From Eledone cirrhosa (lineage: Eukaryota), in contig OZ024743.1 in the NCBI GenBank assembly GCA_964016885.1, positions 38,378,001-38,442,000 on the forward strand: a stretch of 64,000 nt of DNA, given 5' to 3'. The notes under the pieces are model-generated. The model searched no databases, had not been told where the DNA came from, and saw only the letters and a program-made list of their open reading frames with translations. The first letter of the stretch is position 1; each line of letters opens with the position of its first letter. This document shows, in pieces, positions 27,081-39,214 of this stretch. The translations under genes and the position numbers were made by a program.

Positions 27081-29801
27081 ACTCAGACAAACAGGTGCGG
27101 CAAACAAACGTCTCAAAATAAGCGTTGGTTACATGATGCTGTGCATATCGACAATGGTAAGTTTGTAACCTCATATTGTAACGCATAAAAATTTGTCCAG
27201 GGAAGACTGCCCTAACACCGGCCAGAGTTACCTCGCTTGACCTGCTGCGAAATCAAAACAAGCTATTTTTCGAGCAATGAACTTTGACGTGAATTTAACT
27301 CCAAAACCCTTTCCGAGCAATGTAACAAAAACTTTTGGTTATGTATGCCCTTGAGAAGCCCAACTGGGCGAAACGCCCGTAGGTGCTGTTTTAAATAAAC
27401 ATGTTTTAACGGTCTATTCTCCGATTTCTTACTTTTCCACGTACTTACGCTCTGCTAACTCTATAGCCCACTAAATATTAACACTTCGAATATTTCATAC
27501 TGCCGGCACTAGTATCGAGCACCTTTGGCATACGCTACTTGGCAAATAACTATATGTATCACCTATCCTCCTCTTTTTTGTCTCTGTCTCGATACGTAAA
27601 GTCCTACCACCTGGATAAGAACACCCATAACCTTCCTGAACCCAAAGAGAGGTATGGCTTCAAAATATACCGAAACCCACCGCACAACACCTTACTGGAT
27701 TCCTTTGAAGAGGACCTGCTGAAAATGATCAAAAACGTTAAGTTCAGAAAGAAACACCAATGCAGCAATCCATTCTTAACGTCCCATGATACGCTAATAA
27801 CTAAGATCAAGAATGACCCGCACATCTTCGTCACCTCCGACAAAACCAATAAGCTGTACAAGGTGGACGCGAGTTAGTATAACAAATTCATCTATAAGTA
27901 ACTACACGAAGACTACAAAAAGACACCTTCTAGTACCTTAAATGACATAAATAGAGTAGGGAAGGATATAGTCACCAGCCTAGAAATAGAAAAGTACACT
28001 AACCTGTCCGTCCCTCTGACGCCTAGATTCTCTCTTAAGGATCACATATGTAACTTTAATGAAAGCCCCTCTATTAGACTAATATGCCCATCTACATCTG
28101 ATATAGGTAAGATTAGTAAAGAGATCCTCGACAGAGTACTACTGAAGCTTAATATCAAGGCTAAGGTCTGCCTCTGGGGCTACACTGACCAGGTCATAGA
28201 TTGGTTCAGCGAGTTGCTGGATAAAGCGACCCTGAATTTCATCCAGTTTGACGTAGATAGTTACTACGCCTCTATCTCCCTCATACTCTTAAATAAGGCA
28301 CTCATCTTAGCTAAATCTAACACGAGCCTCACTAAAAAAAAAATATACATAGTTCTAGTGGCGCGTAGAAACATTATCCAGTTCGAAGGCTCCCACAGGA
28401 CCAGAACCAACCGTCTTGATAATTTCGATGTCACGATGGGGTCCACTAACTCAGCGCAAGCAACTGACCTGGTTGGGATATACCTCTTACATAAGCTTAA
28501 GGACGAGATACCGGCCCTACAAGGAGGTGTATATAGGGACGACGCCTTGTTTACCGTTAGGAACCATAGACGACGCAGGAAAGAGAACCTTAACAAACAT
28601 ATACACAGGTTCTTTAAGTCATACGGCCTATCCGTAACTGTGGACCTCAACCACAAGGTTGTCAACTTCCTGGAAGTGACCCTGGAGTTGCGTACAGACT
28701 TATACAAGCCATACCATAAGCCTGGAGTGTGCCTCTCTTATATTAATTATGCCTCCAACCACCCTAAGCAGACTCTCAACTCCATAGTATATAGTATCTA
28801 ACATAGAATCTCGAGACTATCCGCCAATGAGGATATCAACAACCAAGCGGCAGATTACTACAATAGGGCCTTGATAAGCGCCGGCTTTAACCGAGGAATG
28901 TCCTACATCCCTAACGCTAGCTCTAGAAACCACCACCCTCATAAAACGAACGTTATAGTAAGCCATACCTATAACCGATCACGCGGCGATTTCGTTGAAG
29001 TCGGATATAATAGAATATATAATCGCACTAAAGATCACGAACCCGGCGACGGTGACCACTGTAGATTATTCGAACTATTCCCGAACTACAACACCAACAA
29101 AGGCGACGGCCTACTACCAACGCCATCCAACCAACATCTTCCTGTACATAAACATGAAAGAGGGAAGAAGAGTGGACCCTAGCATAAAGTGAAAGGGGCA
29201 CCTAACGGGCTACAACGCATTAACATATATAAGAGCGGTCACCTAGATGGAACCACCCTTAGCAAACATAAAAGGATACGTAATCGCCACCGTAACGTCC
29301 TATGGTTCCACCCCCTACTCTCGGAGTGTTGCCTCCAACATACAACGGATATCCTTCGAAGCCTTAGAGAAGAACTTCCCGCCCAACCATAGGTATAGAA
29401 AAATTATGAATAGGAACAATATGAAAATATCCTTCTCTAATACTCCTAACCTAGCAGACATCATAGGAACAACGAACCACAGTAAGATCACCAAGGCACA
29501 GTACATCGGCACAGACGCACCTACACCTGACAATAACTATATCGGCCTTAACAACTCCCTAGCAGCATCCAATAGTGATGGCAACGGCCTCCGCAGACGC
29601 AACCAGCATAACCGCAAAATGACTGGGGAACATGCAGGACACGACGTGCAGAATAACAATCGCACTACCCCGCGTGCTGTGGGTTGTAATGGTGCTAACG
29701 ACAGCTGCGGGAGCGTAGGTAACAACGTAGGCAGAAATAATGATAGCCTTACCGTGGGAAATAGATGGAACCGCGACAGAAATTGCAACTGCCGCGACAG
29801 A
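27081..29801 (+). mobile_element. Hydra-like PLE, copy B (pseudo-LTR, degenerate RT, linker; truncated just before GIY-YIG)
   Basis: SDKTNKLYKV, FIQFDVDSYYASI, FDVTMGS, GGVYRDDAL, VNFLEVTL, SNHP, RNVLWFHP, KISFSNTPNL, CNCRD. Contains stops and frameshifts. Confidence 0.92.
27347..27386 (+). ncRNA. Hammerhead ribozyme, U3-A8 core variant
   Basis: GCCC-UUGAGAA-GCCC AACU GGGC-GAAAC GCCC GUA-GGUGC. Confidence 0.65.
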
Positions 29802-31916
29802 TGACGTCTCCACCTCACTCTCAATGATCACCTCCACACATCTTTTCACAGCAAAATCAACGTTAATGGATGGGTACAGTGACACCACATCCATGCTGCC
29901 TATTATGCAGTTGGATAGGTTCCTCTTTTTGTTGCACTCACTGATTCTGCTGAGGAGGTCCTCTGTACTGTCACATACATCTGGGGACATCTTGATTATG
30001 GGGCGCATAACCATTGAGAGGAAGTAGGAGATCCTGTAGTTACTAGCTATATTAGCTCCGCATACGTGTCTTGTTGGTGGTCCTGTTGTCGGGTCGTCGA
30101 CTGTCCTGTGGTCTTTGCGGAGCCCATAAAAGGGTGGTATGCCATTGTTAGACGCCTGGAAGTTGTTAGCAGTGCGTCTGCTTGGCTTTAGGATGTCAGT
30201 CCACATCATCATGTGAGCGTTGAGGATTTTCTCTCTCCTATCGTGTGATTGTTGTGCAATTTCGCTCGTGTTGGTGATGTGGGGTTGCATAGCCGTGATG
30301 TAGTTCGGCATGCTATCTATTGACATCCTACCAGACTTATCCGTGGGTAGACATACTACCTCACCATCCCTCGTGCGCTGCTTGAGGCTAACCAAGCCTT
30401 CTACAGGTTTCCTCCCAAGTTGTTGGGCCTCTGGTCTGCTCTGTCTCTTAGTATACCTGTCTACTATTTGTCTAATCTTATTTCTAGCTATGGTGAACTG
30501 TGCCTCTGTATCGTCATCTATTTGTTGTGGTATGCAAACTCTTTTATTAAAAGGTAACCTCGTAGGATAGATATTACCCATCTTATATGTTTTGTCAGCT
30601 GGGTTGAAAAATAGTTTCTCTAAGGGTTTGTCATTATATCTATTGTCATAGTTGTGTGTGTTGCTATTATTGTTATCATGATGGTTGTTGTTGTTTCTAT
30701 CATTAGCATTATTATTATTGTTATGATTGCTAGATGTATTGTTGTTTACTTCACCGTTATTGTTGTTGTTACTGTTGTTTCTACCATTGTGGTTGTTACT
30801 ATTATGATGTTTCTTGTTTTTGTTGTGTCTATCATTGATGTTGCTACATGTACTATTTCCATTATTACCACTGTGGTTATTGTTGTTGTTGTTCGTATTG
30901 TTACCGTTATTACTACTGTGGTCGCTGCTGCTGTGTCTGTGGTTAATGTTTCTATTATTATTATTATTGTGGTTGTTGTTGTTTTGTCTATCGTTAGTAT
31001 TATTACCATTATCACTATTTCTCACTTTCTTGCTATTGTTATTGTTATGGCTGTTATTTCTATACTCAGAGTTATTGTTTATATTATTACTACCGTTATT
31101 ATTGTTGTTGTTGTTGTTGTTTACCTTTGCATTCCAACGTATTTTTATGAAACACTTTTTCAGCTCCGTTTTGCACTCCATAGGGTTAATCTTTTTGTAG
31201 ATGGCAAATTTTGGTGGTAACCGTAGGATTTGTTGCTCTTGTTCACTGATTATAGTGTTCCCATAGATATTTACTGTGTGGTCATTGGTAAATCCTCCGG
31301 TAGTTTTACATCAGTCATACGGATATTATCGATGTTATCTGGGTATTTTTGAGAATATTCTATTTTTTTTTCTTGTAGTTTTTTCTTATTCATCCATTCT
31401 AAATTCTTATTAAAATGCCTATTGTATTCGTTTCGGCCGTCTTTCGTTTCACGTCGGATGATGCTCATGAAGTTATCCCTCTCGTTTGGTGTGGTGAGAT
31501 TTTGGACTTCCTTACCGTTAATGCGTTTCTGTCTGTAAAGTTCGTTGACTTTTGTGTATGTTGTTCTTTTCATATTAACTGTTATTGTGTGTTTTAGTCG
31601 TTCAGCTTGTGTTTTGTTCAATAATAAATTATTTACTTGTTTTGATATGTTTGTTGTGTATGTTTTGGAGGAAACACAGTGTTTTAAGAAGCGGATTTGT
31701 TCTGTTGTTATTGTAGTTTTTATATAACAGAAAACAGTGTCTTTCAATAACCTTTCAGGTTGGCACAAGCTAATGCCATAGCGGCGATGAATTAGTTTTG
31801 CGAGGTTTTTTATATGAAATCGTGTGTCGAAACAAATATTGTTATACTTGGGGAGGGTCATATTTGTGTAATATTGCCAGAATTAATAACAGAACACACT
31901 CACTGTTTGGTTGGTT
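29802..31916 (-). mobile_element. Penelope-like element (Nematis-like), 5' half of the ORF with an in-frame poly-Asn tract; 3'-truncated
   Basis: ORF start 31861, frameshift near 31270, then LPPKFA..IKIRW, (N)n, PTDKSGR, FYGLRKDH, PTRHVCGA, GSMDVVSLYPSI (RT motif A). The last 80 codons of the 540-aa ORF are antisense read-through into the neighbouring element. Confidence 0.88.
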
Positions 31917-32690
31917 ATATAAATATATATAAATATTTACACATACACCAATTAAACAAAGTCAGAGGTATATATGTGTTTTGGCAACTTTTTACGTTGT
32001 GACTCAATGAAGAATTAATAAATTAAACAATCAGAGCAAAATACTAGAGTAAAACATGTGCAGAGAATTATTTGATAAAATATGTACATCATTTCTATTC
32101 CCAATCAGCATAATTAACCACACAAACAAACAAAAAATCAATTAGACCAGGCTATAAGAATAAAAGGCATCTATGAAGAAATAGTAAATAAATATACCAT
32201 TGCGGCGTCTTCGAGGCACAAACGCTATAGAATATTTACCCAACATTTCAACAGCACGTGGAAATTAATTAAATATACGGTCAACCATACATAATTAGGT
32301 AAAAATTAATGTTAGAAATGCTTATATACATACCAGCATTAAATCACTAAATCCCGACCCTCGGGTTTCGCTTACTTTTGAGATACCTTATTAGGAAATA
32401 CTCGAGTGTTACATCTTTTCAGGGGGCAAACTCGCTAGGACATATTATTTTCCGAAGTGGCCCCCGCCAAACACGAATTCAAAATGGTTGAGAACTGTGA
32501 CGTGGCAGTGGTCAAGTCAGGAAGGGTGTAATTGCTTGCTGTCGGCGAGTGGGTTGGTTGCTAAAAAGTGCAGCCTAATATCGCCCAAATTTTATCTCAA
32601 CCTTATGGAAGTTTATTAAATATAAAAATGTTTACACATACACCAATTATTTACTATTTCTTCATAGATGCCTTTTATTCTTACAGTAGT
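31917..32690 (-). mobile_element. Pseudo-LTR-like fragment with a decayed hammerhead (32351-32398) and short direct/inverted duplications
   Basis: UUC-CUAAUAA...GC-GAAA CCC GA GGG UC-GGGA on the minus strand. 32152-32190 is inverted at 32647-32686, and TTTACACATACACCAATTA is repeated at 31936 and 32631. Confidence 0.45.
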
Positions 32691-32699
32691 TTTTTCATA

Positions 32700-35600
32700 T
32701 ATGAGTGTTTGAATTTCTTTTTACTTAAAAAAAGGGGCTCACGAAGGCTTTTTTTAAATAAACGTAATTTGATTGGTTATAAATGAAATTATGGCTGTCA
32801 CGAGGACAAGTTTTAATTAAATTTCGCGCCCGTATTTGGAAATCTATTCTGTAGCCTTTTTAGACAATTTTATGACAAGCAAAAGATAATGGTCAAGAGA
32901 AATGGGATGGGAGAATTGTATGTTTATTTGCGTGCTTGTGTGTGTGTATATAGGAAGATGATTATATTAGTAGAAATGGGGGAGGGAGTTGTGTGTGTGT
33001 GTGTGTGAGTATGTTAAGATGGAGCGAATATATATATTTTGTGTGTGTGTATATATGTGTGTAGGAAAGTGATTCTATTAGTAGAAATGGGGATGCAGTT
33101 GTGTGTGTAGGGGGGGGGGGCATATTGTGTGTATGGGTGTTGTGTGTGTGTGGGAGTGTGGGTAGCATGTTAAGATGAAGAGAATATATATATTGTGTGT
33201 GTGGCTGTGTAGGAAAATGATTCCGTTAGTAGGAATATTTTTGAATGAACATATTTTCCTTACTTATTCGTATTTGTTCTGTTGTATTGTCAGCGCAAAC
33301 GTATGTTAAGGTTTATTTAGTTAGGGTTTTTATTTTCTAAAGTAGCAGGTATTATGTGTGTGTGTATGTGTCTGTTTGGATGGTTAGCATGTTGTGGTGT
33401 TGACATAATGTATATTAAACCATATTTAATGCTGGTCTATATATTTGAATAAACATATTTTCCTTATTTATTCGTATTTGTTTTGTTGTATTGTCAGCGC
33501 AAAGGTAAAATGGGAAGACTTGGAATTTGGGTGTCTTATTACTTGCTCATATGTCTAGATGTGCGCTTAGGTGTATCTGTCTCGTGGTTGGATCTCGTAA
33601 TCGTTGGCGATGAACTCTCATTCTGTTTCTGAGTGTGAGTTTAGTTTGTCCTATATAATCTTCATTGCATCCTTTACATTTAATGGCATAACGTACATTT
33701 TTTGATGAGCAAGTGAAGTGATTTTTTACAGCAAAATTTTGTCCTGATTTAAATGTATACGCGTTGCCTTCAATGAGGTGAGTGCAGGTTCCACAATTAG
33801 AGCGACCACACTTTTTGACAGTTGGTTTTGGGTTTGTGGTAGGTAATTTGGCATTGGTGAGTAATGTTTTCAGTGATTTCGGTTGTCTTTTGCTTTTGAT
33901 TATTTTGTGTGTTTCAAGGGCTTTTTTCATTCTTGGGTCTTGTTTTAGTAGTGAGATGTTCTTGTGAATAGTGTTGTAAGCTTCCGCATTTCTTGGGTTG
34001 TGTGTTGAGATATATGATAGAATATTGGACGTACCTTGAATTTGTTTCTGTTTTCGTAATTCATCAATATCTATTTCTTTAGCCCTTTCTATTATATTAT
34101 TTATTAGTAATGGTGAGTACTCTCTTTCGAGTAGAATTTCCTTTAATTCTTGAAGTATTTTATTTCGCGTTTCATAATTGGAGACAAATGTACACATTCT
34201 TCTTGCTAGTTTAAAAGGAATGTTCGTCTTCGTGTATTTTGGATGGTTGGAGGTGAATAGCAGGTATTGTTTGGAATCTGTTGGTTTGTAGTGTATGTCA
34301 GTTTCAATATTTAGGTCTTTTTTTAAGAATAAGATGTCCAGAAATGGGAGTTGTTCCTGGCTGTATTCCATTGTGAATTGGATGTGGTTATTCATGCCGT
34401 TTATTAAGGTTTTGAAATCATTCATGTTGGTCGAGTGTGTCGGACCAAAGAATGAGACAATCAGCCACGTAGCGTTTCCAATTGTCTGATAAATATTTGT
34501 GGAAGTTCAATCCATATTTTGATTTGCACTGTTCATATATCTGGACTTCTAAGTATGAATGACTAAGTTGGCATAAGTTGGACCAGCTTTTGTACCCATC
34601 GCAGTCCCCGATATTTGCTAGTAAGTACTGCCATCGAAATCAAAAAATTTGTTATGTAAGATAGATTTTAATCCCTCGGTGATGAAGCTTTTTTCTATTC
34701 TGCCAGGTATCTCATTGGGATATTTTTCTAGCCAGAATCCTATTGCTTGTTGTCCGTATTGGTGTGGGATCGTTGTGTAGATTCACTACATCGAAAGACA
34801 CAATAATAGTGTCGTTGTTGACATGTTTGGGGAGGTGGTTTAAGAAGTCAAGATCGTCTCTTACAAGGCTTGGTATGTGTTTGAGAATTGGTTTTAGTAG
34901 TATGTCTATAAAGTTGCTCAGTCTGTGTGTTTTACATTGTGTGCCCGCTACAATTGGTCTTAATTTAAGGTCTGTGGGGTATTGTGTGTTCACGCAGGCT
35001 GACGTGTATTGTTTACAGGCATTGTTAATTATGTTACACTTGTTGATCTTCGGACGTCCATAAAGGTTGCTGGTTTCGTATTCAAAATGTGTTAAATAAT
35101 CGCGTTCCTTTTAGTTAAGTCTTCCTGGTATCGACAAATCAGTGTGTTTAATCTGGTCATTGTTTTTGATTGCTGGTGGTTTTTTACTCTTTCATAGTAA
35201 TTAGTATTTTGTAGGAGAGAGAGAGCATATAATGTTTTATTTTTCAGCATCCATAATGACAACACTACTTCCCTTGTTCGCATCCTTAATTATAATGTCC
35301 GTATTGCTTTTTAGTTAATGGATAATCTCCCATTCCCGTCGACTCGTGTTGGGTTTGGGTTTAGGTTGCGGTAGTTCATGGTATGGGAAAGTAGATATGT
35401 GGTCACAATATTTGTCCAGAACTCTGTTTCTACCTTTTGTTGGGTTGTAGCTGCTTTTATTCCGTAGAATTGATTGGTCGTTATTCTCCTTGTCAAAGAA
35501 TTCCTCTGTGAGACGTAATTTTCTACAGAAGTGTGAGATATCGTCATTTATCTCAGTGAGGTTAGAGTATTGTGGTGTTGGTGTGAATTTCATTCCTTTG

Positions 35601-36421
35601 GAGAGAATTTGTACTTGTTGGGCTGAGAGGTTTGTATTTGAAAGGTTGATTATTTTCGGTTTTTCAAAATCGGTTTGTGCCACCGGGTGTCGTGGGTCCT
35701 GTAGCCTTGGTCTAAAAAATGATTTTTCTGGAATGTTTTTTCAATGGTATTATTATATCTAATGGTATTTCCCCTGTTGTTGTGTGGTCTTGTATAGAAG
35801 TTTCGGACGTATTGAGGTTCGGTTTGTTGATAGTCCTGGTTGTAGATTTTGTTCCTTTGTCCGGGTTGGGATCTACCGTTTTGGAACAGGCTCTGTGTGG
35901 GCAGGGATCTACAGTTTGGGAATAGGTTTTGTGTGGGTTGTGATCTGCGGATCGGCTCCTGTCTTGTGTTGGGGTATCTTCGGTTTTTGTTAGTAGGGTT
36001 ATAGTTTTGTCTATGGGTTCTGGGATTATCGTTATAGTTATGCTGGGGGTATGTTGGACGTTTTGTTACTTTTTTTGTTATTTGTTGTGCATGTTTTGTT
36101 AATTTTTTTGTTTATTTGTTGTGCATGTGGTGTGTGAGTTTTAGTTTATTTTAAAAATGGGTTACCTGTATGTTGTTAATTTTTGAAGTCCATTTCGTAG
36201 TTGTTGAACCTGGTGGCGTTTTTTTGCCATCGCTGGAGGGATGTTAGTTCTTCATCCTCACATTTTTCTTTCCAAAGTTTTAAGTTTTTTTCTTAGAGTA
36301 GGGCTTGAGAGTGCTTTGAGATTTCTGTGTCCATCTGTTGGTCGAGTGACGTGAATTTTTCTTCGTTGGAGTTGGCTCTTAATTGCAACAGTTCTATTTC
36401 TATTTTAAATGTTTCTACCTA
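32700..36421 (-). mobile_element. Penelope-like element, Neptune-like, copy 1 (degenerate RT, CxxC linker, GIY-YIG, partial pseudo-LTR)
   Basis: IINLS..LSKGMKFTPTP, LRPIVAG, SFDVVNL, PFLDI, YKPTD..YL.F.SNHP, CGRSNCGTC, NVRYAIKCKGC.EDYIGQT. Confidence 0.92.
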
Positions 36422-36496
36422 TCTCTCTCTATATATATACACATATATATACATATATACATACATATACATATATATATACACATATACACATAT

Positions 36497-36840
36497 CTAT
36501 CTATCTAAGGCGGGTAAAATTCCCGAGATCCATGGACGAGTTCTCTCCAGCGGTCTCTGTCCCTCATTATCGCTGCCATATCCTGCATCTCCAACAGACC
36601 AGTGGCTGTCCTTAGGGCATCAACATATGTTAACCTAATGTAGGCGGGAAGCCGCTGGAATTGGTTGAGGACTTCCTGTATTTGGGAGCAAAGATTGGGA
36701 ATACGGAAGATGATGTGGTTGAGAGGAAGAGCAAGGCCTGGGCGGCGTGTCACAGCTTGAGATCGGTGTGGTAGTCGGACTTTCGTAGAGACCTGAAAAT
36801 CCGCCTCTTCATTGCTGTAGTGGAGTCTGTGCTGCTGTAT
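36497..36840. mobile_element. RTE-like LINE insertion with an internal inversion/deletion
   Basis: 36497-36637 (-) is the 3' end LTYVDAL...EFYPP*. 36638-36840 (+) is the RT thumb [35 protein letters not shown]. Confidence 0.85.
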
Positions 36841-36862
36841 ATACACATATATATACACAAAT

Positions 36863-36958
<96 letters not shown>

Positions 36959-36960
36959 CT

Positions 36961-37817
36961 ATACTTGAGGAGGGTCATATTTGTGTAATATTGCCAGAAT
37001 TAATAACAGAACACACTCACTGTTTGGTTGGTTTTCGCTTCTCGCTGTCTTTTATATCTGCGATCTAACTTAATCGGTCCTCAATGTTGCCATTGACTGA
37101 CCGACGGTCAAAAATAATACAGATACAATATAGACACAAACACATATATATAGTTTACATAATTTACATAAATCTTTCGTTGCACATCTGCAACATCGTC
37201 AGTGGTGTTATATTTTTTCCTCCTGTTGTGTTGTATGTCTACGCCATTTTTTTTATTCAGTCTGTCTATATATTTATTTATTTATTTGCTTGTTTGTTTA
37301 TTTTATTTTGTCTTCTTTGCGCATGCGTTTGCGTGTGTCTACAGTGTTGTGTGTGCTGTGTGACTAGTGTGTATAGTGTTGTGTCTGCTGGGTGAGTAGT
37401 GTGTGTTTATGTGCTTGTTGTTATTGTGCCTGTGTATGTATTTATTTATCTTATTTTATTTTATTTTATTTATTTACTTATTTATACTTCTCTTAGGTCA
37501 GTGTTGTTTGTTTGGGTGTTGTTGTTGTTCCACTCATTCTTTCTGTTTAGCTTTGGTCTTCTAATTTCTATTTCACTGGCCTCTCTGATTTGCTTATCTG
37601 CTGGGTCATTCCTATGTTTAGATATTATTCTAATTTCTATGTTGTCTATGTTACCGTCATGTTGTTGTCTAGCATGTTCATATAGTACTGACCCGTTTTT
37701 TCGTCCTTTTAATTCCCCCCAGTGTTGGTCTATCCTTTCACCTATGCTACGAGCTGTCTCACCTATGTATGTTGCTGTCATGTTTCTGCAAGTACCCTCT
37801 GTACATCTATAGCATAA
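36961..37817 (-). mobile_element. Nematis-like PLE 3' end: GIY-YIG plus pseudo-LTR (HHR-like motif 37166-37205)
   Basis: YIGETARSIGERI..H..H..H..RQ/KQIREA..I..RPKLN.K.EW. 36961-37033 is nearly identical to 31844-31916. HHR-like: CUGACGA-U GUUGCA GAUG UGCAAC-GAAA. Confidence 0.88.
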
Positions 37818-38265
37818 GGTTAGGTGTGGTGGAGTAGGAGAGTCTTATTGTGTTCTTATTAAAGATGGTGTGATACCTATGTTGTATGGGGTAGTGTGTG
37901 TTCAGCAGAGTGAAGAAAATCCTAGCTATAGGTGTAGCGACTTTTCTATTGAAGGGAGGGTGGTACCAGCTAATCTGCCAATGCCTATTTCTCCTATGCA
38001 GACTTGCGGTGGTTTCTAGGTAGGTTATCATTTCTTTCAATTCGGTGCGGGCGAGGGCGTCATTGTAGTAGGATGCAAAGGCGTTAACAATATCTTCATT
38101 GGCAGAGAGGCCAGAGATTCTAATAGAGACGCTTTTTACTAAGTTATCAGTGATGTTTTTGGAGTGGTTAGAATTAATATAAATATATCTAAGGGACTCA
38201 TTAGGTTTGTGGTACGGGTAATAGACGGAAGTATCTAGGTGGAGAATGACATCCAAAATGTTGGC
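37818..38265 (-). mobile_element. Hydra-like PLE fragment (RT thumb and linker), a different subfamily from copies A and B
   Basis: LDVILHL..YYPYHKPN..YI..NSNH..ISWYHPPF..IFNKNTIRLSYSTTPNL. Confidence 0.85.
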
Positions 38266-38298
38266 CGGTTATTTTTCACTTTGTAAAAAAAACCTCAC

Positions 38299-38362
<64 letters not shown>

Positions 38363-38395
38363 GTGAGGTTTTTTTTACAAAGTGAAAAATAACCG
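38266..38395. repeat. Perfect 130-bp palindrome centred on (TA)n
   Basis: CGGTTATTTTTCACTTTGTAAAAAAAACCTCACTTTCTAA-(TA)n-TTAGAAAGTGAGGTTTTTTTTACAAAGTGAAAAATAACCG. Confidence 0.95.
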
Positions 38396-39170
38396 AGGTG
38401 TCCTACACGAGTGAATGTATAAAGAAAAAAAGATGAAATCGAAAATGCAACTGGAGTCTTATTTAAAAAACATATATATATATTTATTTGGTTCCTTTAC
38501 CGGTTTCGCAGTTCTTCTTCTTTTCAAAAGTAGAGTTAAGATGTAGGGTTTGTGATTTTTCTCACATCTGGTTGGTCTTTGAATGTTACTTGTTTTATAT
38601 GCAAAAAAGTGGCTCGAAACGCCAGGTTTTTAGAGAATTAATTTGATTGGTTATGAATGGAATTATGCTGTCACGTGAATAAGTTCATTAAAATTTCGCG
38701 CCCATATTTGTGAATTTATTTTGTAGCTTTTACATAATTTTATGACAATAAAAAAAATAGCTCCCGAAGGCTTTTTTTAAAAAAATGCAATTTGATTGGT
38801 TATAAATAAAATTATGACTATCACGTGAACAATTTCTGGGCCAGTATTATTTATTCTGTAGCCATTTAGAGAATTTTATGACAAGCAAAAGATAATGGTC
38901 AAGAGAAATGGGATGGGATAATTGTTCTGGTTCAGTGAATATGGTTAGTTCGCTGGGGTGTCAGAGTTCAGATTTTCTATTGAAATAAAGATAGTAGACA
39001 TATGTATGTTTATTTGTGTGTTTGTGTGTGTGCGTGCACGCGTGTGTGTGTGTGTGTGTAGGAAGATGATTCTATTGACAGAAATGGGGGAGGGAGTTTT
39101 GTGTGTGTGTATATGGGTGTTATGTGTCCGTGTGGGGGAGTATGTTAGTATGGAGGGAATATATATGTTT

Positions 39171-39214
<44 letters not shown>

